DNA of 64,000 nucleotides from Pristiophorus japonicus (lineage: Eukaryota), in assembly GCF_044704955.1 (NCBI RefSeq), contig NC_091998.1, positions 62,248,001 to 62,312,000 of the forward strand, read 5' to 3'. Below the pieces are notes generated by a model. The model saw only the letters and a program-made list of their open reading frames with translations, was not told where the DNA came from and ran no database searches. Position numbers and translations under genes: made by a program. Positions 37,233-50,625 of the stretch are shown piece after piece (position 1 is the stretch's first letter; every line of letters starts with the position of its first letter).

Positions 37233-37912
37233 GGCCCAGAAATCCCGGTCGGCTGCTTCCCACGAGCGATCGGGTAAAAAACTTTTTAAAATGCGCACTT
37301 ACCTGTTCCTGCTGCACCCATGCGAGTTCCCGGTCCTGAGGCCTCCACTGACTGGGCGTCACAGCGCGTGCACATTGGGACGTGCGCAGGGCTGGAGCTG
37401 CAGTCACATGGCTCTGGGCAGCCAATCAGGTACAGTATATACTCATTCATAATAATGGGAACTCCGTAAGTTGGCGCTCCCATTATTATGAATGAGAAAC
37501 AGCCCCCAAAAACAAACAAAACCAATAATAAAAAATAGAAACAATACAGCATATATTTTTATTAATTTAAATTAATGTTATTTATTTTTCAGTTATAGTT
37601 TAAAATAAACTTAGAATATTGGGGAGAGTTTTTAAACAATAAAATGTGTTTTTATAATTTTATTTTAAAATGTTGGTGTATTTTAAAACTCTTATGCCTG
37701 TAAAAGTACGCTATGTGCCTGCTTTTATCAGGCGCAAGAGTTTTGAGGACATTTGCTGGGCAAGATATGGTTAAATCCCACAGTCTTGCCCTTGCAAATG
37801 TCCTGGCTCCCGAGATGCAGAAAAGCCGGTTTTCAGCGCATGTGCTTTTGCGATGCCTTCCCGGGTCCGTGCACATGCCGTACGGACCCGGGAGGCCGGA
37901 ATTTCTTTCCCC
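37233..37912. mobile_element. Non-autonomous DNA transposon (MITE-like, probably Harbinger-type)
   Basis: Imperfect TIRs GGCCCAGAAATCCCGG and CCGGAATTTCTTTCCCC, GC-rich arms, an AT-rich centre, and a subterminal hairpin at 37857-37895. Confidence 0.55.
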
Positions 37913-38393
37913 ATTGTGTTTACGTGGTGCTACTGGTTGAGGAGGACATTGGGTGAACCACTCATGGGAAGTTACAACTGGTTTTGTTTTTATCTCCAGT
38001 ATTTATCAGAATATTAGTGGTAAAGTAACATGAGCAGTTCATCAGGCAACAATGGTAATTCTGCCATGCCAAGCCTGAACATAAGGCGATAATAAATCCA
38101 ACCAATGCTATTTTTACAAGTTTTGTTTCAAGCCCTAAATAGGTTGTTTGAAGACTTAATTAGGAACAAAATAAGCCAAGGCATGAGAAACATTTCCAAA
38201 CACTCCATTCCCAAGCTTTTGCCTTTTTGAGCGACTGTAAGCGTGCTGGACCTTGGATTTGATAGAAAGCAGGGCACCCATCTCCTCATTGGTCTCAGCA
38301 CAGCTTTCTGGGAGCAATGTTGTGAGCAAATTTGATATGCTTACCAAGGAGGGTGGGGGGGCGTTAGAGCAATATGCACTTCATTCATGCTTC

Positions 38394-38735
38394 ATAGATG
38401 CTAAGAGGTTGCTTCCCCTGGCTGGAGTGTCTAGAACTTAGCAGGCATAGTCTCAGGATAAGGAGAAGGCCATTTAAGACAGAGATGAGGAGGAATTTCT
38501 TCACTCAGAGGGTTGTGAATCTTTGGAATTCTCTGCCCCAGAGGGCAGTGGATGCTGAGTCACTGAATATATTCAAGGCTGAGATAGATAGATTTTTGGA
38601 ATCTAGGGAAATCAAGGGATATGGAGATCGGACGGGAAAGTGGATTTGAGATCGCTGATCAGCCATGATCTTATTGAATGGCAGAGCAGGCTCGATGGGC
38701 TGCAGGGCCTACTCCTGTTCCTATTTCTTATGTTC
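38394..38735 (+). mobile_element. CR1 LINE 3' end
   Basis: RHSLRIR..FKTEMRRNFFTQRVVNLWNSLP plus CR1 tail. Confidence 0.9.
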
Positions 38736-39361
38736 TTCTTTGCAACTGTCGGTGATGCATGGCATCACAGTGGGCAGTGAACAGGCCATGTGTCTGCCCT
38801 ACCAGGTAGGGATCGGCGCATGGTATGCAGGCGAGGGGGAAGGAGACAAAATAAGATCTAAAATAACAGATATTCTGTTCTTTCAATCTGGGATCAATAT
38901 CATTGAAGTGCTTATATACATATGACATTGATCTCACAGAAACAAGAAAGCTGGGGTTAAGGACTGAGGGAGAGTGTTGTCCCCACACATCCTACAGGAC
39001 TGAGATCAATCCTTGCTGCAAAAACTGAAGTGCAAAATAGAGAAAAACAACTTTCAGCAGACCAGCTTCTATAATTCTACCTGGACATATAGCAAACGTG
39101 AATATGGGACAGTGTAACTTTCAATAAAGCTCGGGGTCAGTTGCACAGTTGGGCTCTGAATATGGAAGAGTGCGAACACAACAATTTCTGGCGTGAAACC
39201 CAAATTTCTGTTCCACTCCCATATTTTACCACCACTTTACTCCAAGTACTGAATGTTTAGATCAAATTACTCGGTCCTCTATTTTAACGGAGATATTAAA
39301 ATGTTTATGTTGAGCAGGATTAAAGCACCGTTGCGGCTACTGAAATGTGTCCAGGTATAAG

Positions 39362-39780
39362 TGTCAGCCGTGGCTAAGTGGGTGGCACCTCACCTCTGAG
39401 TCAGGAGGCTGTGGGTTGAAGTCCCACTCCAGAGACTTGAGCACAAAAATCTAGGCTGACACTCCAGTGCAGTACGGGGGGAGTACTGCGTTATCAGAGG
39501 TGCCGTCTTTCAGATGAGATATTAAACCGAGATCCCCATCTGCTCTCTCATGTAAAAGATCCCATGGCATTATTTCGAAGATGAGCAGGAGGAATTATCC
39601 CCGGTGTACTGACCAATATTTATCCCTCCATCAACATAACACTAAAACAGATTATCTGGTCATTATCACATTGCAGTTTATGGGAGCTTGCTGTGCGCAG
39701 GTTGGCTGTAAAGCGCTTTGAGACATCCAGTGGTCATGAAAGGAGCTATATAAATGCAAGACTTTGTTTTCTTTTTTTTT
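39362..39780 (+). mobile_element. SacSINE1-like DeuSINE
   Basis: tRNA-like head (TGGCTAAGTGG, GGTTGAAGTCCC), Deu core and tail. Confidence 0.8.
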
Positions 39781-39899
39781 CTTCCACGAGCTCCCTTGTA
39801 ATATGATTATCGGCGCCTTAGGGTATAGTGTTGAAGTGAAGGCAATACAGATGTAGCACAGATCAGAAATAGGCAGCTGGAGATGGCAACAAGTATTAC

Positions 39900-40064
39900 C
39901 TTTTCTTGTTTGTGGTCTGTCTGGCTTTTCCTTTTGATTATTGTGCCGTGTTTCCTTAATGTTTTGGGTCTTGGGTTTCTTGGTCTTTTTAACCTTTTTG
40001 TTCCGTGACAGTGTAGGCCTGGATGGCGTCTCTGCAGTCTGCTCCTCTGTCCGTGTGCATACAT
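39900..40064 (-). CDS. DKK4: Dickkopf-4 coding exon 3 (last CRD1 Cys plus basic linker)
   Basis: ctcttttag|ATGTATGC ... AGAAAAG|gtaata, 165 nt, phase 1-1. Reads (D)VCTRTEEQ...PQTRK(E) and joins the flanking exons in frame as CLNDVC and RKELEGETC. Confidence 0.9.
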
Positions 40065-41469
40065 CTAAAAGAGCGAGAACAAAACACACGTCTGTCAGAA
40101 ATTGCCAACGGCCCCTCCTAGCACCGCAATTCACTCGCCTTCGCCACGGATCAATCTTCTCAAGTTGTCAGTGCTTTACCCTGAATTGTGTTCACAAGAT
40201 AGGAAGGCCTTTCAAAATGAACTTTATTGTATGAAACTTAACAACAGTAGGTGTAGATTTACGCGAGATGCAGCTGTATAAAAGCATTGCCTTGGGGTAG
40301 TCGAGGGTGAGGGGAGGGAGTTAAGATTAAAGATACTTTTCAAAGCGATGTTTCCAAGCAGATTTCTGATGAGATGTGAGTGCAGTTAAAGATTCTTAAT
40401 TTATACAGGACTCAACTTCACAAGAGGAGACAGCCAATTTCCTGTTGGGTGAATAACCAGGTTTGCCTCAAAATTTGCATTCCGTTATTAGAAATCTTCG
40501 CCCACAATCACTTACAGGAAGATCCTGTGAAAGTTTAATCATCAAGGAAGATTTTTCGTGTTGGAGTGTTTTTCCCTTACATATCCATTTTTCAGCACGT
40601 GCTCTTCCCCCAATCAGAAAGCGGCGGCCCTCTTCACAAACCTCTATTAATATAACCGATGGTGCAGCAGAGCAGATCTCCAGTCGTCCTGGTTAACCCT
40701 TGCCACTGGTCCAAGACCTAGCTCTGTCAAGTCCGTGTGGTGTGCAACGGCCACCACACGTTAAAAAAATCCACAAACAGGCATCTTCCACCTTTGAGGA
40801 TATAGTTCGGGTTCTTCATTCGAAACACCTGTGAACTCATCCTTTTTCTGGCGTGGAAGCAAGTCATCCTCGTTTCAAGGGATCGCCTACGATGATGATG
40901 GTACTTGCTCCTCTGAATTTTCCTTTGTTAATCATGGCAAGCTCTTAATAACTAATCCTACAAACTCTTCCTCTTCCCTCTCTCGGTCCTGTAGCAGACC
41001 CAAACTCCGTCCCCTTTTTTTAAATCATTGGTTCCCAAGAGTTCCAAATCGTCAAACACCTTAACTTCCTCAGACCTTTCTTCCCCCAACAATCTATTGG
41101 CTATAAACTTTGCCATGCTTTCACAGAGAACCCGCTGATGTTTATCTTGCTCCTTGTAGAGAAGCTGTGCTCTGTCCCTTCCCCTAAAGGCACAGCTGTG
41201 ATCAGGGACTTGCCATGTGATCAGTAAATGCACAGTGCCTTGTCCACCAAACGCTGACACAATACTTTGCCATTCACTATACCATCCTTACTTGCAACTT
41301 ACTGTATTTTTTAGGGACATAGGAACAGGAGTAGACCATTCAGCTCATCAAGGCCGTTCTGGCATTTAATTAGATCCTAGCTGATCTGAATTGTATAGAA
41401 TTCTCAATCCAATTAACAACAGTAATCTCCATTTTGTAGTAACTTTACCATAAAAACAAGACCAAACAC

Positions 41470-41985
41470 AGAGGGAGAGATTGGAGGAAATGAATGCCTA
41501 GTTGAAAACATAGTTTTTGAGAGGGATTTTAAAAGAGGAGAGAAATGGAGGGGTGTGGTGGGATGTCTGGGTGGGGCGGGGGGGGGCCGTGTTCTAGGCA
41601 GCAGAAGGCTTTGCCTGATTCAGGGAGGCGAAATGAGGGGTCAACGCACAAAAAAGGTCAGAGTCAGAGAACCGAATGGTGTGGAGATAGGTGTGGTAGG
41701 GTGGATGGGAAAGGCCATGGAAGGATTTGATGGTGCGAATGAAGAGTTTAACTTTGATATGCCGGGGGTCAGAGAGTCAGTGAGTAAGGGAGTGATGCAG
41801 GAGTGGGTCTTAGAGTGAGGCAGGATGCAGAGCACTGTGTTTTGGATAAGATGGAGTTTATGGAGGGTAAAGGATGAGAGGCCAGAAAGGAAGGCATTGC
41901 ACAAGTGTGACAACAGAAAGGTGACAAAATCATGGTTAAGGGTTTCAACATCGATGGGGCTAAGGTAAAAAGAAGCATCACCATG
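41470..41985 (-). mobile_element. Old L2 LINE fragment
   Basis: The - strand gives LHKLHLIQN..HSCITPLL, homologous to the 33024-33800 element. Confidence 0.6.
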
Positions 41986-42731
41986 TCATAAAGTTCCACT
42001 CAGTTAATATTATCAATGGCACTCTGGGCAGCAAACCAAATTTAAAATAAATCAATGGATGAGGGCAGTTCAGTGCATGTTGGTTAGATTTTCAGAAGGC
42101 ATGTGATAAAGTTCCATATGTAAGGCTTTTAATACAACCAAGACATGTATGAAAGGAAAATTAGCTAGACATTTTAAAAGCTGGTAACAGTAGCAGAAGG
42201 TGACAATGAAACGAAAACAGCTGTGTCTGGGAGTAGTGACGAGTGAAGATCTATAGGGATTTTTTCTGCTTCCCCTGTTGTTTCAAAAACGATATGGAGA
42301 TGAGTACTTATGATATGTTGGTGTGCGCAGGTTGCTTAGTCAAGAATCTTTAGCCATATAAGAGCAGCTACTTGTGGCCTGACCTTACTGTCACTGACTC
42401 TGATCCAGCATTGTCTCAGTCGATGGCAAGTCAAGACACACCAGATATGCTAGTGACTCAAAGCATAGCTTCAAAACCAAACGGTATGATTGAAAAAATA
42501 ATAGCCTCTGCTGCATTGAGGCACGACACAATTTTTCAAATAGACAACATTTCATATTTAATATCTTCTGTATGGTGCATGTAATGTATAGTAAGTGTAA
42601 AGCAGCCCATCTGATTTCTCAAACACCCCATTGTCCTAGAGGCTGGCAAATGCTCACTGACTGGAGTTTCTAACCATGTTCCCAATTATGTGGCATCTGA
42701 TTGAGGGTTTCAGCAATACATAACTTTCAGT

Positions 42732-42733
<2 letters not shown>

Positions 42734-42762
<29 letters not shown>
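42734..42762. repeat. (GT)n microsatellite
   Basis: Visible GT run. Confidence 0.95.
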
Positions 42763-42764
<2 letters not shown>

Positions 42765-45092
42765 CGTGTGTAATTAGTTCGAAGTGTAGGGAATCCCCAA
42801 CTGTAGGTGCAAATGAGGGTACTGCATCACCCAATGCATTTTTGCTTGCCTTCAGGAACACTACTACAAGGTACAAGGATCCAATGGTATTGTATCTGGG
42901 GAACAGATTGGTGGGAAAACTTGGAACACCATAAGGATTACAAGAAGTGGAAAGCTCACAGTGCTTGATTTTGGCTAGTTCATCTGGGAGGCCTGTAACT
43001 TTCTCAAGGGGGAGTCCTGCTGTATCTGGCTAGTTGCTTGGATGGAAACATTTTCTTAGCTTGAGAATGGAGAAGGGACGAAGGAGGCAAAATAACTAAA
43101 GAATGGGAAAAGAAGATGATAAATATGCTCACAAGTGTAACTGGCCTGATCCTGGAATTATAGATGAACACCAAGGCTGATTTAATGTTCCCTTTAAAGT
43201 GGAATTGGTTTTCTAAAACATGAACTTTCAGTGTTGTGAGTTATTTTGTGTGCAAGAGGCAATAAAATGGAGAAATTCCTTAAGACATGGGTGGAATCAA
43301 TGGTGGGAACTGAACCAACCGCATAACCCTTGCCACTGGACCAAGATCTAGCTCTGTCAAGCCCATGTGGTGGCTGGTGTGCAACGGCCACCCCACGTGA
43401 AAAGAATTCATGCACAGACATCTTCCAACCTTTAGTCTGTAGTTCGGGACCTAGATTGTCAGGTCCCTCATTGAAACACCTGTGAACTCATCCCTTTTTG
43501 GTGTGGAAGCAAGTCATCCTCGATACGAGGGACTGCCTAATACTATACTCAACTATAATTGTTTTTAAAGTCCAAATTTGATGATTGTCGAATTCCCAGG
43601 CAAAATGCACCAGCAGAAACAAAACCTAGTAATTCTGCAAGGTAAATCAGTGTCTTGCAATTACTAGAGGTGGTGCTGCAGTGCCCCCATTGGCAGGAGA
43701 GTATAATTTGCATTGTGACAAGTTTATATAGATATTTTCCATTATAGATGGACCAAGGAATTTAAAATGGAAAAGTTGCCAATGATTGTGTGCAGATGTA
43801 AGATTTTTAATATATTACAGATAGATGATCCTCATCCTCCAATATATATGTTATCTGCTTAGAAGTTTCAAAATGCACGCAGTGAATACATTTTGCTTGA
43901 TATCTTTGCAAAAGCTGGCTTTACCTGCCAATTACTGAAGTCTCCATGGCTTCATTTGCCAATTCCATTGGCAAGTGAAAAATTGCAACAGTTTCAGGCA
44001 CCATCTCCTGGCAACATGTGGGCACAGTGCTAGCAAAGTGGTCCCAGCAAGCAATGTCCCGACCCTTGTAATTGACTAAAGGAGAGTAAACAGGTGTCTG
44101 ACTTTAGCAAGCTAAGATTGACATGGTTTAAAAGACAAATCAGGCCCTTGCTGCAGAACTTTTTGCAGGTTTAAAGTTTTTACACAATGACTGCTTCAGC
44201 TGTGTCCCAGAGATTGGTTTGACCATCCAGCAGGTTTTATTAATATACCACTACTTTTTCTCCCCTCTTGAAATCTTCGATTCCTTGCTGGGATATAGTA
44301 CAATGGGAGCCTCTAGTACTTTGCTCAAGTAGCAAATTTCACTGTAGAAGGAATTACAGGCAAGGGCGACCCTGCCTTCATCCAGTGCCCACAAATATAC
44401 TACATAGCGATCTAGAGCGGGAATCGCTGCTGATTGCTCCATTGCCTAATCCAAAGAACTGTGGCCAATATTAAATCTATACTCTGGCTGAGATGAGCTA
44501 GCTGGCACCTTACTAGTATGTATAATTATCTCTGCTGTCAGTCTGAAGTCTATTCAAAAGAAACAGTGATTGCATGGCCCCTGGAATGTCCATGGTTTCC
44601 AGCTCAATGTTGGACAAAGATTCTTTACTGCCTGCCGAGGAGTATGATTGTTTTTCCCAAAACTCACCTTAATTATGCTTTTCGCTTGACAAAAACTATT
44701 TCTGGGTCTGTAAGCATAACAAACGAATCCACTAAAAAGGAATATGATACCTTTTGGATGGAAATGATTTGATTAGGGAAGAACTGCATGAGCTTCCAAC
44801 AAATGAGGAGCAGCAGGGGAGCAGAGACTGAGATGCCAAAGGATCAGAGCTGGAATCACTAATTGCTTTGTTTTATTGTATCAGTAAAGCTGGGAACATA
44901 AATCATAAAATGAGAAAAAGCCACACAGCCCAGAAGCTCACACCTTCCCCTTAACTAGCTTGGCGAGTCCCATTTCTGATCCTGTAGGTTGCAAATTTAT
45001 GGTCCAACATCGGGACATTCTGGTACTCTACCCCTGTAGCAATCAGTTAAACTGTGCCTTTCTTCATGATGAAAGGCCAACTTAATTAGGTA

Positions 45093-45662
45093 TCTGCCAT
45101 GGCTCAGTGGTAGCACACTCACCTCTGAGTCAGAAAGTCAAAAGTTCAAGCCCCACTCCAGAGACATGAGCACGTAATCCAGGCTGATAAATCAATGCAG
45201 TACGGAGGGAGTGCTGCACTGTTGGAGGGGCAGTACTGAGGGAGTGCTGCACTGTGGGAGGGGCAATACTGAAAGAGAACTGCACTGTCGGAGGGGCAAT
45301 ACCGAGGGAGCGCCACACTGTCGGAGGGGCAATACCGAGGGAGTGCCGCACTGTTGGAGGGGCAGTACTGAGGGAGTGTTACACTGTGGGAGGTACCATC
45401 TCTGGAATGAGGCATTAAGCCATTAGGCGGATCATTTGGCCTTATTCAATTTATCCCTGAAGTCTTGGCAAATGTTTATCCCTCACCTAACATCACTAAA
45501 ACAGATTATCTGGTCATTTATTTAATTGCTGTTTGTGGAATCTGCTTGTGCGCAATTCAGCTGACATGTTTCCCGACATTACAACAGTAACTACACAAAA
45601 AATAATTGGCTGTAAAACACTTCGAGATGTCCTCAGGTGCTAAATAAATGCAAGTTATTTGT
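45093..45662 (+). mobile_element. SacSINE1-like DeuSINE with about 6 copies of an internal 33-bp repeat (about 45197-45395)
   Basis: A and B boxes TGGCTCAGTGG and AGTTCAAGCCCC. Repeats of CAGTACTGAGGGAGTGCTGCACTGTYGGAGGGG. Tail present. Confidence 0.85.
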
Positions 45663-45909
45663 TTTATTATGTGAGTGACAGTTTATGTATGCCTCAGTTT
45701 CATTAAGTATCCATGCTTCATTAAATCCTCAGTCTAAAATATTAAGTATGATTGGCTAAACTGTCACACACTATAGTATTGCTGTGCAAATTTTCTTTGG
45801 CTAGTAACAACGAGGTCGATAGACAGTGGAACCGAAGTCAATGGTCATTGAGCTCAAAAAGCAAGCTCTTTAAATTGGTTTAACTGGCTTCTCATTTTCT
45901 AAAATCAGA

Positions 45910-48720
45910 TATTGTTTATAGACCTCATAACAGTAATCACAGTGTTTGACAGAGTATAAATCAGGAAATTAGCAAAGCATGTAACAAGGGTAATACAATA
46001 ATCAAGGGGGACTTTAATCTCCATATAGACTGGGCAAACCAAGTTAGCGAAAGTATCTTGGAAGACAAGTTCATGGAATTCTTCGAGACAGTATTCTGGA
46101 ACAATATGGCAAAGAACCAATTAGGGCACAGGTTGTTTTAGATCTAGTGTAATGACACAGGATTAAGTAGTAATCTTACAGTAAAGGATCCTCTGGGGAA
46201 GAGTGATCATAATATGATCGAATTTAATATTAAATTTGAGTGTGATGTAGTTAAGTCCGAAACTAGGATCTTAAACTTAAACAAAGCCAATTACAGAGGT
46301 ATGAGGGGCGAGTTGGCCGATGTCGATTGGGAAATTAGACTAAAAGATATAATGGTAGATAAGCAATTTAAAGAAATAATTCATGAGTCCCAATGACTAT
46401 ACATTCCCTTAAGGAATTTTAAAAAACATTGGAAAAGTGATACATCATAGGCAGTCCCTCGGGGTTCAGTACTAAAAATCAGTACTCAGGTGACCGATGA
46501 ACTCATTTTAAACGGTGGAAGATGCCTGTGCGTGAATTCTTTTAATATAGGGTGGCCGTTCCACACCAGTCACCACACGGGCTTGACGGAGCGAGGTCTT
46601 GGTCCAGTAGCAAGACGACTTGAGACTGGGCTCTGCCGCATGTGCCAATACATATACACAAACTCAAACATACTCCTACTGTCCTCCTTCCTCCGTCCCA
46701 CAGAACCTCTGTCTAAAAAACAAACCACTGGAGAAGTGGTACAGCCCATGGCTAACTAGAGAAGTTAAGGATAGCATTAGATTAAAAGAAAAAGCTTACA
46801 ATGTTGCCAAAAAGAGTAGTAAGCCTGAGGATTGGGAGGCTTTTTGAATCAGCAAAGGATAACGAAGAAATTGATGGAAGGAAAAAAATAGAATGAGAGT
46901 AAACTAGCAAGAAATATAAAAACAGATTGTCAGAGTTTTTACAAGTATGTAAAAATAAAGATATTAGTGTTGGTAAAAGTGGGAGCCTTAGAGGCAGAGA
47001 CAGGAGAAATTATAATGGGGAATAAGGAAATGGCAGTAATGTTAAACAAATATTTTCTGTCTGTCTTCATAGTAGAGGATAAAAAGAACATATGAGGAAT
47101 TGTGGGGAACCAAGTGTCTAAAGAGAGTGAGGAACTTAAAAGTAACTAATATTAGTAAAGAAAAAGTACTGTAAAAATTAAAGGGACTAAAAGCTGACAA
47201 ATCCTCTGGATGTGGTGGCCTACACCTTAGGTTTTAAAAAGAGGTGGCTGCAGAGATAGTGGATACATTAGGTTTGATCTTCCAGAATTCCCTAGATTCT
47301 AGACATCCCCGTGGATTGCAAGGTAGCAAATGTAACCCCGCTAATTCAAAAAGGAGGGAAAGAGAAAACAGGGAAATATAGGCAAGTTAGCCTGATATAA
47401 GTGGTCCGTAAAATGCTAGAATCTATTATTTGAGACGTGGTAACAGGGCATTTAGAAAATCATAACATGATTAGGCAGGGTCAACACGGTTTTATGAAAG
47501 AAAAATCGTGTTTGATAAACCTATTATTTGAGGGTATAACTAGCTGGGTAGATAAAGGAAAAACGGGTGGATGTGGTATATTTGGATTTTCAGAAGGCAT
47601 TCAATAAAGTGCCACATGAGGGGGTAATATATTAACATGAATTGAGGATTGGTTAACAGTCAGAAAATAGAGTCTAGGAATAAACGGGTCATTTTTGGGA
47701 TAGCAGGGTGTAACTAATGGAGTGCTGCAAGGATTAGTGCTTGGGCCTCCGCTATTTACATTCTATATCAATGACAGATGAAGGGACTGAGTGTACTGTA
47801 TCCGAGTTTTCTGACAACCCAAAGCTAGGTGGGAAAGTAAGTTGTGAGGAGGACACAAAGAGGCTATATCTAGAGATTATAGGGGCAGGTTAAGTGACTG
47901 GGAGAGAAGGTGGCAGATGGAATATAATGTGGGGAAGTGTGAAATTGTCCACTTTGGTAGCAAGAATAGAGAAGCAGAATATTTTTTAGAAGATGAGAGA
48001 CTAGTAAATGTTGGGATTCAGAGGGATTTCGGGATCCTTGTAAATGAATCACAGAAAGTTAACATGCAGATACAGCAAGCAATTAGGAAGGCAAATGGTA
48101 TGTTAGCCTTTATGGCAAAGGGTTTGAAGTGTAACAGTAAGGATGTCTTGCTGCAATTCTATCAGGCTTTGGTGAGGTCATACTTGCAGTACTGTGTACA
48201 GTTTTGTTCTCCTTACCTAAGGAAGGATATACTTGTCTTAGAGGCACAACAAAGGTTCACTAGATTGATTTCTGAGATGAGAAAGCTGTCCTATGAGGAG
48301 AGGTTGGGTAGAATGGGCCTATATTCTCTGGAGTTTAGAAGAATGAGAGTTGATCTCATTGAAATGTATAACATTTTTCAAGTGCTCGACAGGGTAGATG
48401 CTGAGAGAATGTTTCCCCTGCCTGGAGAGTCTAGAACTAGGGGTTATAGTCTCAGGATAAGGCAGCAGCCATTTAGGACTGAGATGAGGAGAAACTTCTT
48501 CACTCAGAGGATGGTGAATCTTTGGAATTCTCTACCCCAGAGGGCTGTGGATGCTCAGTCCATGAATGTATTCAAGACTGAAATCAATAGATTTTTGGGC
48601 ACTAAGGTAATTAAGGGATGTGTGGATAGGATGTAAAAGTTCAGCGATGATCTTATTGAATGGCGGAGCAGGATCGAGGGGCCGTATGGACTATTCCTGC
48701 TCCTATTTCTTACGTTCTTG
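45910..48720 (+). mobile_element. CR1 LINE, about 2.8 kb, decayed (EN plus RT), with a short RTE-type insert at about 46443-46650
   Basis: GDFNL and LGKSDHNMIEF endonuclease motifs, an RT region, C-terminal ORF 47917-48636 and a CR1 tail. Confidence 0.9.
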
Positions 48721-50474
48721 TCTTCTGCTTTTGATGTCTGAGTATCCATGAGAAATGCTTGTGCAAGGAAATAAGTAACTGGGACGACATTGACCATGAG
48801 TAAGTAAAGTATAACTTTCTTAGCTAGTGTAATAAACACAGGCAGAGGGATCCATTAACTACAGTATAGAAAGATAAGCAGTTATAAATCTATTTAAAGG
48901 ATTCAAGACCAGTTAAATCAGGAATAATTGTTTGAGAGAAGTATCTTTGAAGTTAAGAACTACAACTGTTTACATGAATAGACTGGTTTCAAAGGATTCA
49001 GGAATAGATAGACCATGAGGTCCTATAAGAACATAATAATTAGGAGCAGGAGTCGGCCATTTGGCCCTCGAGCCTGCTCCGCCATTCAATGAGATCATGG
49101 CTGATCCTCTACCTCAACTCCACTTCCCTGCACTATCCCTATATCCCTTGATTCCCTTATTATTCAAAAGTGATCTGTGACCTGTACCTTTGATATAGGC
49201 AGAATAAGGTGTATCTTGGAATGCCTTTTGCTCCAAGATACAAGGAAATTTGGTTATTAACCCATAACTCTCCAAGATGTCTAGCGTACAACTCCCCTCA
49301 GGTGTTCTACAATGGACATGGGGATCTTGGCAGCCTGAAAGGCTGGTTTCACGAAGCCTCAACATTACCTTTAAGCTGCTCAGCGCTCTCGATCTCCTGC
49401 CCAATCGGCTCACCAATGGGAAAACTCACGCGTGCACAATATTTTGAATGGGCCCCGCACGAATAATTTTTTTTTAAGGGAACATTGCTCAGCTTTGAAT
49501 GTTAAACCTAAGAGGCTGGATTACAGCCATGCTATCATGGTACAGCCCAATCCGGTCCATCTCCCCTTCGCCTATTGTCAGTTTGCTGTTCTATGTACCT
49601 CTTAACTTCCTTTCACCTGCCAGCTATGGGTTCTTTTCTGAGCTGGCATTTCGTGCCATTCCTTCTCATCTTTTTGCTCTCAATGCATTCTGTTCAAAGG
49701 CAGAATTATCCCAGTATCCAAGTGCTCCGTGAAAATAGAAATTGTTGCGCAATGAACCAGTCCTGTGCTCGGCGGGAGATGGAGTATGGGGTCAGTGGAT
49801 TTATCCTAGGGATCTTTCCCTTCCTGCGGGGGATTTGGCCTCCAGTCAGTTTGAGGGAAGAGCACTGACCCCGTCCCCTTAGTCTGTTGTGGTGCATCAT
49901 ACCAAAAGTGGACCTTGAACAAGACATTGGTTGGGATTATGGGCCTCAGTAAACAATGAGGGTAACATACCTCGATTTTCCAGCCTATGTGACTTTAACA
50001 CTGGTGTCTGGATGGTACATGGAAAGGTAGCTTCAAAAATAATAGCAATCAGAAAACCCAGGCGTTGGATTTCTCAGTGATGACCTAAAGAATCAGGGAG
50101 TGAAGGGTTATGGGGAATGGGCGGGGAAGTGCAGTTGAGGCCAAGATTTGATCAGCCATGATCTTATTGAATGGTGGAGCAGGCTCGAGGGACCAAATGG
50201 CCTACTCCTGCTCCTATTTCTATTGTTCTTATGTTAGTATTCAGCACCCCACATGCTCTCACATCTCTGAGTGACTTGTTAAGAGTGGAGCTAGCAGAGA
50301 CCTGGATTCATTCAGCTTCACCACACACAGACTGATGCACAAAAACAGTTGGAGCCAGTTTGACCTGGAGTACTCACAGGCTGTAACAGAAGGTGAGAAT
50401 ACATCACTTGAACATGACACACCAGCGACAGCGCAGTTTGGTGAAACAGCAGGCCGCTGCTGTTGAATTCTTAC

Positions 50475-50625
50475 CATTTAAACAGTGGCTTCCTGAGCAG
50501 CACATTGCGTCCGATTGGCATCGTCTCCGTAGCCCTCTGCAGACAGCGCAGGAGGGTTCTTCATGACGAGAAGCGAGGCAGAATTTCCCAGGGCCACAGT
50601 CAGGATCTGCCAAGCACCGAGGCCC
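50475..50625 (-). CDS. DKK4: Dickkopf-4 coding exon 2 (CRD1)
   Basis: ctcttcag|GGG CCT CGG TGC ... TTA AAT G|gtaaga, 151 nt. [50 protein letters not shown] aligns with human DKK4 GSQCLSDTDCNTRKFC...[25 protein letters not shown]. Confidence 0.95.

Noticed and set aside
39652-40134. 160-aa standalone ORF with an apparent signal peptide
   Set aside because: Only 40064-39900 is exon. The hydrophobic lead-in is the intron's polypyrimidine tract, and the tail runs into intron and SINE sequence.
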